In this document: one piece after another, positions 39,013 to 47,496 of the stretch
Layout of the letters: every line of letters begins with the position of its first letter
Numbering within the stretch: position 1 is the stretch's first letter
Assembly (NCBI GenBank): GCA_963700145.1
Contig: OY969474.1
Span: 1,184,001-1,248,000 of the forward strand
Length of the DNA: 64,000 nt
DNA from: an uncultured Acidobacteriota bacterium
GTDB lineage: Bacteria > Acidobacteriota > Thermoanaerobaculia > Multivoradales > UBA5704
Direction of reading: 5' to 3'
The notes under the pieces: generated by a model
Told to the model about the DNA's origin: nothing
Databases searched by the model: none
What the model saw: only the letters and a program-made list of their open reading frames with translations
Made by a program: the position numbers and the translations under genes

Positions 39013-40361
39013 GCTCCCTCCTCGGCGGAACACAGCCGCTCCGCGATACGCGCCAGTATGTCGGCCGAATGGTGAGCGCCTTCCAGGACGTCCCGCACAA
39101 GCTCCGTCGTCTCGTTAACCTGGGCTTTGGGCAACGACTCGGCCCAGGACTCGACGTGTTTGCGGGTGATGGGTTTGAGAGGCGGTAGCAGAAAGACCGG
39201 AAGCCGCTCATGAGCTACAGCGCGGAGCTCGTGGAGTGCCTTCTTGGTCTCCTGCGGTGTGGATTTCGGCGCCAGAGGCGACGGCGACCAGTCGACGCCC
39301 TGGACTGCTTTGAGCACGCCGCGCGTGGCGCCCAGCTCCCCCAGCAGCTCCGGCAGCCAGCGGGAGTAGTAGAGCACCAGCGCCTCGTCCCGCAGGCGTG
39401 CCGGTATCACGGGCCGATGCACGAGAACAAGATTGCCGTCGCGCAACCAGAGGCGAAGGGCGTCTTTCAGCGCAGCCTTCTCCGAGGTCTGGCTGCGCAG
39501 TGCCTGAGCCAGGGCGCGGTAGAACTCGTCCTTGTCACGAGGGATCTTTGCCCCCCAGAATACTTTTCGAATGCGCCTCTCCGGCTTGTCCGGGAAACAC
39601 TCTTCGACCGTGTCCAGAAAGTAGTTGTGCCCCTCGCCCCGACGCCCGACGACAAACAAGGCCTCGTGCTCCGTCTTAGCGGCGTGGGTCTCGATCTTCA
39701 TCCACTGCTCGGTGCGGTCGCAGCCCCACACCGCTCGCCCTGGCCCCCAGCGGGCGATCCTGGCGGCGCGCCACTCCTCTTCCGCCGGCGTCCCGGGCAG
39801 CAGAGCCACACCAGAGCCTCCGTCGACTTCTCGGCACGCCTCACGCCCCTTTCTGTCCCACTCCTCTCGCTTGCCAGGTTCCTTCTCCCGAAGGCCGCAG
39901 CAGAGTCGCCAGAACCGTGAGAAGTCCGATTCCTGCTCGTCGTGCCACGAGATGTGCAGATGGCCAAGAAAGTCGATCGGGATCTGGCCCGGGGTGAGGG
40001 GGGAGCGCAACACGGCGATTTTGCGTCGCGCAATTTCCTGGCCGAAGATGAGCACCTCATAGCTGCTCCACTGGCTTTGGAGCGAATTCTCACTGAGCAC
40101 GAACACGGCCTGTGCGCTGCCCAAGAGAGCCTGATAGATCTGGTCCTGGACCGAACCACCAGCCCGCATGCGCTCCTCGTCAAGCCAGACGAGAAACCCC
40201 GCCGCCTCGAGCCTTTTCCTCAACCAAGTGACGAATTCGCGATCTTCGTGGGCGTAGCTGATGAAGACGTCGTAGCGGAGAGAGCGGAGACCGACTGGAG
40301 CGGAGTTGTCGCCAAGCACGGCAAAGATGAATTCTACTGTAGCGGAGGGCTTGCTCTCCAT
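39009..40361 (-). CDS. TIR domain fused to an inactive STAND-like NTPase domain
   Basis: TIR motifs YDVFISYAHED, VWLDE, S..S.W...E. C-terminal CDR..QW, FVVG...EGH..F (degenerate P-loop) and L..L.PI...HV..W as in iSTAND proteins. Its stop overlaps the MoxR ATG. Confidence 0.72.
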   Translation of the reverse strand: MESKPSATVEFIFAVLGDNSAPVGLRSLRYDVFISYAHEDREFVTWLRKRLEAAGFLVWLDEERMRAGGSVQDQIYQALLGSAQAVFVLSENSLQSQWSSYEVLIFGQEIARRKIAVLRSPLTPGQIPIDFLGHLHISWHDEQESDFSRFWRLCCGLREKEPGKREEWDRKGREACREVDGGSGVALLPGTPAEEEWRAARIARWGPGRAVWGCDRTEQWMKIETHAAKTEHEALFVVGRRGEGHNYFLDTVEECFPDKPERRIRKVFWGAKIPRDKDEFYRALAQALRSQTSEKAALKDALRLWLRDGNLVLVHRPVIPARLRDEALVLYYSRWLPELLGELGATRGVLKAVQGVDWSPSPLAPKSTPQETKKALHELRAVAHERLPVFLLPPLKPITRKHVESWAESLPKAQVNETTELVRDVLEGAHHSADILARIAERLCSAEEGA

Positions 40362-40401
40362 GGATGCATAGTCATTTCGCCATGCAGCTGCCTTCGAGCT
40401 C

Positions 40402-41076
40402 TCATGCCAGCAGCCGTGGCCCGACGGCCTGGACGACCAGGTCGGCGGCGAAGTGCGCGGCGATGGCGGCCTCGATCCCCCAGCGCCAGTAGACGAGCCC
40501 CAGGAAGCCGCCGGCGACGCCGTTGAGCAGCAGGACGGCGGCGATCAACGCCGCCGACACCTGCGTCGCGGCCAGCCAGGCCGGGACGTGCGCGCCGGCG
40601 AAGGCGAGAGTGGAGACGAGGTTGGCGATCCCGACCTGGAGCGGCGTCGCGGCGACGGGCCCCCGGCGCCAGGCGCGGGCGGCGAGCCAGACGACGAGCG
40701 TGAAGAGGAAGAGGCGGAAGACCAGCTCCTCGAGGACCGAGGCCTCGACGGCGAGGGCGAGCGGCATCCAGGCGGGCGCCTGCGCGCGCGGCCGCAGCCG
40801 GGCGGCGAGCGCGGGCTCCAGCGGCACCAGCGCGTAGACGAGGACGGCCAGGACGACCGCGCCGACGAGCGCGCCGAGGACGAGCGCGGCGGCGAGGCGC
40901 CCAGGCCGCACGGGCGGCCGATGCCCGAGGCGGCGGGCCATGGCGAGGCCGAGGACGATGAGGACCGCGCCGGCGGCGAGCGCCGCCGCGAAGGGCCCCG
41001 GCCGGATCGGACGCGGGCTCGCCACCCAGGCGGCGACGCCGAGGAGCCCGAAGAGGACGCCGGCGGTCCTGGCCAA
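40402..41076 (-). CDS. CPBP (Abi/CAAX-like) intramembrane protease
   Basis: EE..FR, FAGAH and AH...D motifs in a multi-TM protein. Confidence 0.85.
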   Translation of the reverse strand: MARTAGVLFGLLGVAAWVASPRPIRPGPFAAALAAGAVLIVLGLAMARRLGHRPPVRPGRLAAALVLGALVGAVVLAVLVYALVPLEPALAARLRPRAQAPAWMPLALAVEASVLEELVFRLFLFTLVVWLAARAWRRGPVAATPLQVGIANLVSTLAFAGAHVPAWLAATQVSAALIAAVLLLNGVAGGFLGLVYWRWGIEAAIAAHFAADLVVQAVGPRLLA

Positions 41077-41079
41077 GGC

Positions 41080-41655
41080 TCAGCCGAGCGCCAGGACGAA
41101 GTCGAAGGCGGCGGCCTTGCCGCCGGCGGCGTCCCGCACCGCCATCAGGAGACGACGATCGTAGAGCCCGTCCCGGGCGTTGCGCGGCTCGCCGGGGAAG
41201 TAGAGCTGCGTCGTCAGGACCCGGCGGTGGGGCGCCTGCACCTTGACGTGGAAGTGGCGCGTGCGGCCGGTGTAGACGCCCGGCACGATGCTCTCGAGCC
41301 TGTAGCGCCCTTGCGCGTCGGTGAACTGGTGGCCGCGGCATTTGTAACCGGCGTTGTCGTAGCGGCCCCGGTCGTCGGCGTGCCAGAAGTCAACCAGCGC
41401 GCCGGCGACCGGCTTGCAGTCCGTGGTCAGCACGGAGCCCGAGACGACGATCGGCGTTCCTGCGATCCCCGGCTCGCGGAGCGACGTGCGCTGCGGCGAG
41501 TCCGGCGTGTAGAAGGGCCCGGTCGTCTGCGCCTGCGTGAGGTCGTCGCCGTCGTCGCACGGCGGGGTCGCCGCCAGGGCCTGGCTGCCGGGCGCGAGCA
41601 CGAACGGCGCCGGCGCCAGCAAGGCGAGGAGCCGCAAGAAGAGGCGCCGGGTCAT
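41080..41655 (-). CDS. Intradiol ring-cleavage dioxygenase-like protein with Tat-like signal
   Basis: MTRRLFL, GPFY, VDFWHAD..G.YD, RG.QFTD..G.Y...I.PG.Y..R.RH.H.KV, TTQLYF; ATG overlaps the upstream stop. Confidence 0.88.
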   Translation of the reverse strand: MTRRLFLRLLALLAPAPFVLAPGSQALAATPPCDDGDDLTQAQTTGPFYTPDSPQRTSLREPGIAGTPIVVSGSVLTTDCKPVAGALVDFWHADDRGRYDNAGYKCRGHQFTDAQGRYRLESIVPGVYTGRTRHFHVKVQAPHRRVLTTQLYFPGEPRNARDGLYDRRLLMAVRDAAGGKAAAFDFVLALG

Positions 41656-42959
41656 GCTTTCGGCAGACCTCTCTCCAGCACCGCCTCCATCGCCGCGACG
41701 AAGCGGTCGATCTCTTCGAGGGTCGTGTAGACGCTCGGCGTGACGCGCAGGCCGCGGAACTCCGAGTGGACGATCGGCGTCACCAGGATGCGGTGCTTCT
41801 TCCACAGGTGATCGGCCAGCTCCTGCGGCTCGATGCCCACCGCCTCGACAGTCGCCAGGCCGCAGGCGAGGCCGGGCTTCAAGCTGGTGTGGAGGCGCGC
41901 CTTCGGATGAGCGGCGAGGCGCTTCGCCCAGCGGTCGCGCAGGTAGACCAGCCGCGCCGCCTTCCGCTCCGGGCCGATGCCGGCGTGGAAGGTGAGCGCC
42001 TCGGCGATCGCCAGGTAGGGCGCCGCCGGATGGGTGCCGATCTCCTCGAACTTGCGGATGTCGCCGTCGAGCTCGGCCGCCGCCGGCATCAAGGGCCAGA
42101 GCGCGGGGATGCGGTCGCGGCGCACCATCAGCATGCCCGTGCCGTGCGGGGCGAAGAGCCACTTGTGGAGGCTGGTCGCGTAGTAGTCGCAGCCGAGGTC
42201 GGCGTGGCGGAAGGGGAAGTGGGCGAAGGCGTGGGCGCCGTCGACGATGACCGGCAGACCGCGCCGCCGCGCCATCTCGACCACCCGCCGCACCGGCAGG
42301 ATCTGCCCGGTGAGATTGATCATGTGGCACATGAGGACGAGGCGCGTGCGCGGCGTGATGTTTCGCTCGAAGAGAGCGACGACCTCGTCGGGGTCTTCGG
42401 CCGGCACGGGAAGCGCGAACTGCCGCAGCACGACGCCGTGGCGGCGCTCGAGCTGCCGCCAGGCGGTGAGCATGCGCGGGTAGTCCTGGGTCGTCGTCAG
42501 CACCTCGTCGCCGGCCTGGAGGTCGAAGCCCAGCTGGCAGATCTCGAGCCCTTCGGAGGCGTTGCGCGTCAGCGCCACCTCCTCGGGGTCGCAGCCGAAG
42601 GCGGCGGCGAGCCGCTGCCGCACCGCCTCGCGCTGCGGCTCGAGCACCTGCCACATGGTGTAGGCCGGGGCCTCGTTCGAGTAGTCGACGTGGCGCCGCT
42701 GGGCCTCCAGCACCAGCCCCGGCGAAGGGGAGACGCCGCCGTTGTTGAGGTTGACGATGCTGCGGTCGACGCGGAACGCTTGCTGCACCTCGAACCAGAA
42801 CGCCTCGTCGGCGGCCAGCTCCTCCGGCGCGCCGGGGCGGCCGGCCACCGCGGCCAGCGCCCGCCGCGCGCCGGCGGCGTCGAGGGCCGCCAGCGCCAGG
42901 CCGGCGGCGGCCGGCCGGGCGAGTGCGGCGAAGAGCTCGCGGCGGCTGAAGGCGCTCAT
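41652..42959 (-). CDS. PLP-dependent class V aminotransferase (isopenicillin-N epimerase-like) with Tat-like signal
   Basis: SRRELF, NLNNGGVSP, RNASEG, VDGAHA, SLHKWL.AP.GTG. Confidence 0.9.
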   Translation of the reverse strand: MSAFSRRELFAALARPAAAGLALAALDAAGARRALAAVAGRPGAPEELAADEAFWFEVQQAFRVDRSIVNLNNGGVSPSPGLVLEAQRRHVDYSNEAPAYTMWQVLEPQREAVRQRLAAAFGCDPEEVALTRNASEGLEICQLGFDLQAGDEVLTTTQDYPRMLTAWRQLERRHGVVLRQFALPVPAEDPDEVVALFERNITPRTRLVLMCHMINLTGQILPVRRVVEMARRRGLPVIVDGAHAFAHFPFRHADLGCDYYATSLHKWLFAPHGTGMLMVRRDRIPALWPLMPAAAELDGDIRKFEEIGTHPAAPYLAIAEALTFHAGIGPERKAARLVYLRDRWAKRLAAHPKARLHTSLKPGLACGLATVEAVGIEPQELADHLWKKHRILVTPIVHSEFRGLRVTPSVYTTLEEIDRFVAAMEAVLERGLPKA

Positions 42960-43066
42960 GAAGGGACCTCCGGAGATGTCAAGTGATCCTAGCGCAGAGT
43001 CACGGCACGCCAAGTGCGGAAGCTTGCCGGGGAGTACGCTAGCGCCGCTCGCCCGGAGCTGCCTGC

Positions 43067-44392
43067 ATGGACCGCTGCCGCACCATCGTCTGGACCCTCG
43101 CCGTACTGCTGGCAGGGGCCATCGCGCCGGCGCCCGGGCGGAGCCAAGCCGGCGGCCCGCCCCCCTCGGTCGTCATCGCCGCCGCCGGCGACATCGCCTG
43201 CGACCCGGGCGACGCCAACTACAACGGCGGCGCCGGCACCGCCACGGCCTGCCGCATGGCGGCCACCTCCGACCTGCTGCTGTCGCTCGCTCCCGACGCG
43301 GTCCTCACGCTCGGCGACAACCAGTACGAGAACGGCACGCTCGCCAAGTACCAGGCCTCGTACGATCCGAGCTGGGGGCGCCTGAAAGCGATCACCCTTC
43401 CGGTCCCCGGCAACCACGAGTACCTGACCGCCGGCGCCGCCGGTTACTTCGCCTACTTCGGCGCCGCCGCCGGCACCGCCGGCCAGGGCTGGTACAGCGT
43501 CGACCGCGGCGGCTGGCACCTCGTCGCGCTCAACTCCAACTGCGCCGCCGTCGGCGGCTGCGACGCCGCCTCGCCGCAGGGGCAGTGGCTGGCGGCCGAC
43601 CTCGCCGCCCACCCGGACGTCTGCACGCTCGCCTTCTGGCACCACCCGCGGTTCTCCTCCGGCCCGCACGGCAACGACGCCACCACGCAGCCCTTCTGGG
43701 ACGCCCTCTGGGCGGCCGGTGCGGACGTCGTCTTGAACGGCCACGACCACATCTACGAGCGCTTCGCGCCGCAGCGGCCGGCCGGCGTCGCCGACCCGGC
43801 CGGGCCGCGGCAGCTCACCGTCGGCACCGGCGGCAAGAACCTGACCGGCGTCGTCGCCGTGCAGCCGAACAGCGTGGCGCGCCACGCCGCGAGCTTCGGC
43901 GTCCTCGAGCTCACTCTCTACGGCAACGGCTACGAGTGGCGCTTCGCGCCGCTCGCGGGCTCGACCTTCCACGACGCCGGCGCCGCCTTCTGCCACAGCG
44001 CGCCGGCGCCGCCCCCGGCCGACTTCTACACCCTGCCGCCCTGCCGGCTGGCCGACACCCGCCGCCCCGCCGGGCCGAGCGGGGGGCCGGCCCTCGCCGC
44101 CGGCGCGATGCGCGCCTTCCCCGCCGCCGGCGCCTGCGGTGTCCCGGCCGACGCCCTGGCGGTGGCGGCGAACTTGACCGTCGTCGCGCCGAGCGGCGGC
44201 GGTCACCTCACCGCGTTCGCCTGGGGCGCGCCGGTGCCGGGAACCAGCACGCTCAGCTTCAACGCCGGGAAGGTCCGCGCCAACAACGCGATCGTCGGCC
44301 TCGGCGTCGGCGGCAAGCTGGCGGTGGCCGCCTCCCTGCCGCCGAGCGGCTCTACCCACCTGGTCGTCGACCTCTTCGGCTACTTCCGCTAG
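43067..44392 (+). CDS. Secreted calcineurin-like metallophosphoesterase with C-terminal beta domain
   Basis: AAGDIA, LGDNQY, PGNHEY, WHHP, GHDH.YER; C-terminal FYTLPPCRLADTR...HLVVDLFGYF domain. Confidence 0.9.
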   Translation: MDRCRTIVWTLAVLLAGAIAPAPGRSQAGGPPPSVVIAAAGDIACDPGDANYNGGAGTATACRMAATSDLLLSLAPDAVLTLGDNQYENGTLAKYQASYDPSWGRLKAITLPVPGNHEYLTAGAAGYFAYFGAAAGTAGQGWYSVDRGGWHLVALNSNCAAVGGCDAASPQGQWLAADLAAHPDVCTLAFWHHPRFSSGPHGNDATTQPFWDALWAAGADVVLNGHDHIYERFAPQRPAGVADPAGPRQLTVGTGGKNLTGVVAVQPNSVARHAASFGVLELTLYGNGYEWRFAPLAGSTFHDAGAAFCHSAPAPPPADFYTLPPCRLADTRRPAGPSGGPALAAGAMRAFPAAGACGVPADALAVAANLTVVAPSGGGHLTAFAWGAPVPGTSTLSFNAGKVRANNAIVGLGVGGKLAVAASLPPSGSTHLVVDLFGYFR

Positions 44393-44403
44393 CGGACCAC
44401 TTT

Positions 44404-44428
44404 GCGGAGCCCGGAGAATGGGCTCCGC
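44404..44428. terminator. Hairpin just downstream of the phosphoesterase gene
   Basis: Inverted repeat gcggagccc / gggctccgc with a 7-nt loop; no clear U-tract. Confidence 0.35.
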
Positions 44429-44525
44429 TACCCGCAGGGTCGCCGGCCGGAGCCGGCGGTTGATCCGCGGGTTCGAGCGCAGGAATCGGATGGCGGGGCG
44501 CCCGCGGCTGGCGTAGCCTGGCGCC

Positions 44526-45578
44526 ATGTTGGAGCACGCGACGATCGACCCCGAAACCGCCTGGACGGCCGTCCTCGCCCGCGACGCGGGGCGCGACGGG
44601 AGCTTCGTCTACGCCGTTGCCTCGACCGGGATCTACTGCCGCCCTTCGTGCCCGTCGCGGCGGCCGCGGCGGCCGCAGGTCGCCTTCTTCCCGACGCCAG
44701 ACGCCGCCGAGGGCGCCGGCTACCGCGCCTGCCGCCGCTGCCGGCCGCGCGAGGCTGCGGCCGGCGCCGCCGCGGTGGCGCGCGCCTGCGCCTGGATCGA
44801 CGCCCATCCCGACGAGCCGGTGTCTCTCGCCGAGCTGGCGCGCGCCGTGGGGCTCTCGCCGGCGCACCTGCAGCGCACTTTCCGCCGGGCGACCGGCGTC
44901 ACCCCGAAGCAGTACGCCGACGCGCGCCGCCTGGCGCGTCTCAAGGACCGACTCCAGAAAGGAGACGACGTGACCACCGCCCTCTACGACGCCGGCTACG
45001 GCTCGAGCAGCCGCCTCTACGAGCGCTCCGACGCGCGCCTCGGCATGACCCCCGCCACCTACCGCCGCGGCGGCCGCGGCATGCGCATCCGTTTCGCCTG
45101 CGCCGACTCGCCGGCCGGGCGCCTCCTCGTCGCCGCCACCGAGCGCGGCCTCTGTGCCGTGCAGCTCGGGGAGGACGACGACGCCCTCGAAGCGGCGCTG
45201 CGCCGCGAGTTCCCGGAGGCCGAGATCGCCGCCGACGCCGCCGGGCTCGGCGCCCTGGTCGCCGCGGTTTTGGCGCGCCTCGACGCCGGCCCCTCACCCG
45301 CCCTGCCGCTCGACGTCCGCGCCACCGCCTTCGAGCAGCGCGTCTGGGCGGCGCTCCAGGAGATCCCGCCCGGCACGACCCGCACCTACGGCGAGGTGGC
45401 CGCGTCCCTCGGCCGCCCGGGCGCCGCCCGCGCCGTGGCCCGCGCCTGCGCCGCCAACCCGGTGGCCCTGGTGGTGCCCTGCCACCGCGTGGTGCGCGGC
45501 GACGGCGGCCTCGGCGGCTACCGCTGGGGGGAGGAGCGGAAGCGGCGTCTCCTGGCGCGCGAGCGGCGGGCGTTGTAG
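44526..45578 (+). CDS. ada: Bifunctional Ada regulator / O6-methylguanine-DNA methyltransferase
   Basis: TGIYCRPSC, GYRACRRC, an AraC-type HTH and the PCHRV active site. Confidence 0.95.
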   Translation: MLEHATIDPETAWTAVLARDAGRDGSFVYAVASTGIYCRPSCPSRRPRRPQVAFFPTPDAAEGAGYRACRRCRPREAAAGAAAVARACAWIDAHPDEPVSLAELARAVGLSPAHLQRTFRRATGVTPKQYADARRLARLKDRLQKGDDVTTALYDAGYGSSSRLYERSDARLGMTPATYRRGGRGMRIRFACADSPAGRLLVAATERGLCAVQLGEDDDALEAALRREFPEAEIAADAAGLGALVAAVLARLDAGPSPALPLDVRATAFEQRVWAALQEIPPGTTRTYGEVAASLGRPGAARAVARACAANPVALVVPCHRVVRGDGGLGGYRWGEERKRRLLARERRAL

Positions 45579-45691
45579 GACGGGCACCGACGGCGGCTCG
45601 GCGGACTTACCGACAGCGATCTCCGCCCTCCGCCGATGAGCGAGGCACCGGTGCGCACCTACAGTGCGGTCAGCCAAGAGGAGACCAAGCC

Positions 45692-46708
45692 ATGATGACC
45701 GCGCAAGCCGCCACCGTTGCCCGCCTGCCGAACCCAGCGCCGCCAGCACCGCTCGCCGCCGCGCGCGGCAGCAGCGTCGAGGTGAGCCTCTTCGAGGGGC
45801 CGCCCATCTGCGGCTCGGTCGGCCTCTTCAACCCGCGCTCCCCGCAGTTCCTGATCCACCGCAACGGCACCGACATACGGGCGCGGCAGGTGGTGCCCTT
45901 CGAGCGCGTGCGGCACGTCGCCTTCCTGGGGAACCCGCCGCCCGACGGCATGACGATCTCCGCCGCCTACCGCGTGGTGCGGCTCCGCCTGCTGGATGGC
46001 ACGGAGGTCGAGGGCCTCTCCCATAGCTGGGGCGGGCTGCGCCAGGGGATCTTCCTCCGTCCGATCGGCCGGCGCGGGGTCGAGCGCCTCTACGTGCCGG
46101 CTTCCGCCGTCAGCGAGGTGGCCGCGGTCCAGGACCTCGGCACGCTCCTCGGCGGCCGCAAGTTCGCGACGATGGAGATGGTGGAGGCGGCGCTCGCCGA
46201 GCAGCGGGCGCTCGCCGCGGCGCGGCCAAGGCCTGTGCCGGCGCCGCCGCCGGCGAAGGCCGGCTCGGCGCGCACCGCCGTCCGCCTCGGCGAGATCCTG
46301 GTCTCGCAGGGCGCCATCACGCTGCAGGAGCTCGGGCACGCGCTCGCGGCGCAGGCCGGCCGCGCCGGCCGGCGGCTCGGCGAGCTGCTCGTCGAGCTGG
46401 GGATCGCCAGCCACAAGATGGTGGCGATCGGCCTCGCGGCGCAGCACGGCATCCCCTACCTCACCCTGCGCGGCCATCCGGTCGATCCGGCCCTGCGCAA
46501 CGTTCTCCCCGCCGAGCTGGCGCGCCGCTACCAGGCGATGCCGGTGCAGCACGCGGCGGGGCAGCTCACCGTGGCGGTCGCCGATCCGGGCGAGCCGGCC
46601 TTCGCGGCCGCCCTGCGCGCCGCCACCGGTCTCGCCATCACCCCGGCGGTGGCAACGCCGCAGGACATCGCGGGCGCCATCCGCGAGCTCTACGGAGCGG
46701 CCCAATGA
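45692..46708 (+). CDS. MshEN / GspE-N-domain protein lacking an ATPase domain (putative c-di-GMP receptor)
   Basis: RLGEILVSQGAITLQELGHALAAQ and RLGELLVELG...LAAQ motifs, then LP..LA.RY..MP...L.VA.ADP. The N-terminal part is a small beta domain. GAGGAG RBS. Confidence 0.75.
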   Translation: MMTAQAATVARLPNPAPPAPLAAARGSSVEVSLFEGPPICGSVGLFNPRSPQFLIHRNGTDIRARQVVPFERVRHVAFLGNPPPDGMTISAAYRVVRLRLLDGTEVEGLSHSWGGLRQGIFLRPIGRRGVERLYVPASAVSEVAAVQDLGTLLGGRKFATMEMVEAALAEQRALAAARPRPVPAPPPAKAGSARTAVRLGEILVSQGAITLQELGHALAAQAGRAGRRLGELLVELGIASHKMVAIGLAAQHGIPYLTLRGHPVDPALRNVLPAELARRYQAMPVQHAAGQLTVAVADPGEPAFAAALRAATGLAITPAVATPQDIAGAIRELYGAAQ

Positions 46709-46717
46709 GCGCCCCGG

Positions 46718-47485
46718 TCATGCCGCCCCGGCGAACAGGCGGAAGAAGTTGGCGGTCGTGCGGGACGCCACCGCCGCGGGCGTCTCGCCGGTCTCCCGCG
46801 CCAGCCGCTCGGCCACCTCCGCGACGTACTCCGGGCGGTTGGGCCGGCCGCGGTAGGGCACCGGCGCGAGGTAGGGCGTGTCGGTCTCGACGAGGACGCG
46901 GTCGGCCGGGACGAGCGGGATCAGCTCGCGCACGTTCGCCGCCTTGGGGAAGGTGATCATCCCGGAGAACCCGAAGTAAAAACCACGCACCACCAGCTCT
47001 TCGGCCATCGCGGGGCCGCCGGCGAAGGAGTGGAAGTCGGCGGCCAGCCCGGCGAAGGCCGGGTCGCGCACCAGCTCCAGCATCGCGGCGTCGCTCTCCC
47101 GGTTGTGGACGACGACCGGCAGCCCGAGCCCGAGCGCCAGCTCCCACTGCGCGCGCAGCACCCGCTCCTGGACGTCGCGCGGCGCGTGGTCGTAGTGGAA
47201 GTCGAGCCCGCACTCCCCCACCGCCACCGCGCGCGGGTCGGCGAGCAGGCCGGCGAGCCGCCGCTCGTCGCCGTCGCGCCAGCCGGACGCCTCGTGCGGG
47301 TGGACACCTAGCGCGCACCAGACGTCCGGGTGGCGGTGGCAGAAGGCGAGCAGGTCCTCGGCCTCGTCGAGGCGCGTCGCCGGCACCAGGAAGCCGCCGA
47401 CCCCGCGCTCCCGTGCCGCGTCGAGCGCCGACTCGCGCTCGTCGGGCGGCAAGGACTGCAGGTGGCAGTGCGAGTCGACGAGCAT
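46718..47485 (-). CDS. tatD: TatD-family deoxyribonuclease
   Basis: DSHCHL, GVHPH, VGECGLD, VVHNRE, HSF, VETDTPYLAP. Confidence 0.95.
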   Translation of the reverse strand: MLVDSHCHLQSLPPDERESALDAARERGVGGFLVPATRLDEAEDLLAFCHRHPDVWCALGVHPHEASGWRDGDERRLAGLLADPRAVAVGECGLDFHYDHAPRDVQERVLRAQWELALGLGLPVVVHNRESDAAMLELVRDPAFAGLAADFHSFAGGPAMAEELVVRGFYFGFSGMITFPKAANVRELIPLVPADRVLVETDTPYLAPVPYRGRPNRPEYVAEVAERLARETGETPAAVASRTTANFFRLFAGAA

Positions 47486-47496
47486 CCAGCCGGGCG

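Noticed and set aside
44402-46708. 768-aa ORF suggesting a long fusion protein
   Set aside because: The first 430 codons are an alternative frame over ada; the real gene starts at ATG 45692 after a GAGGAG RBS.
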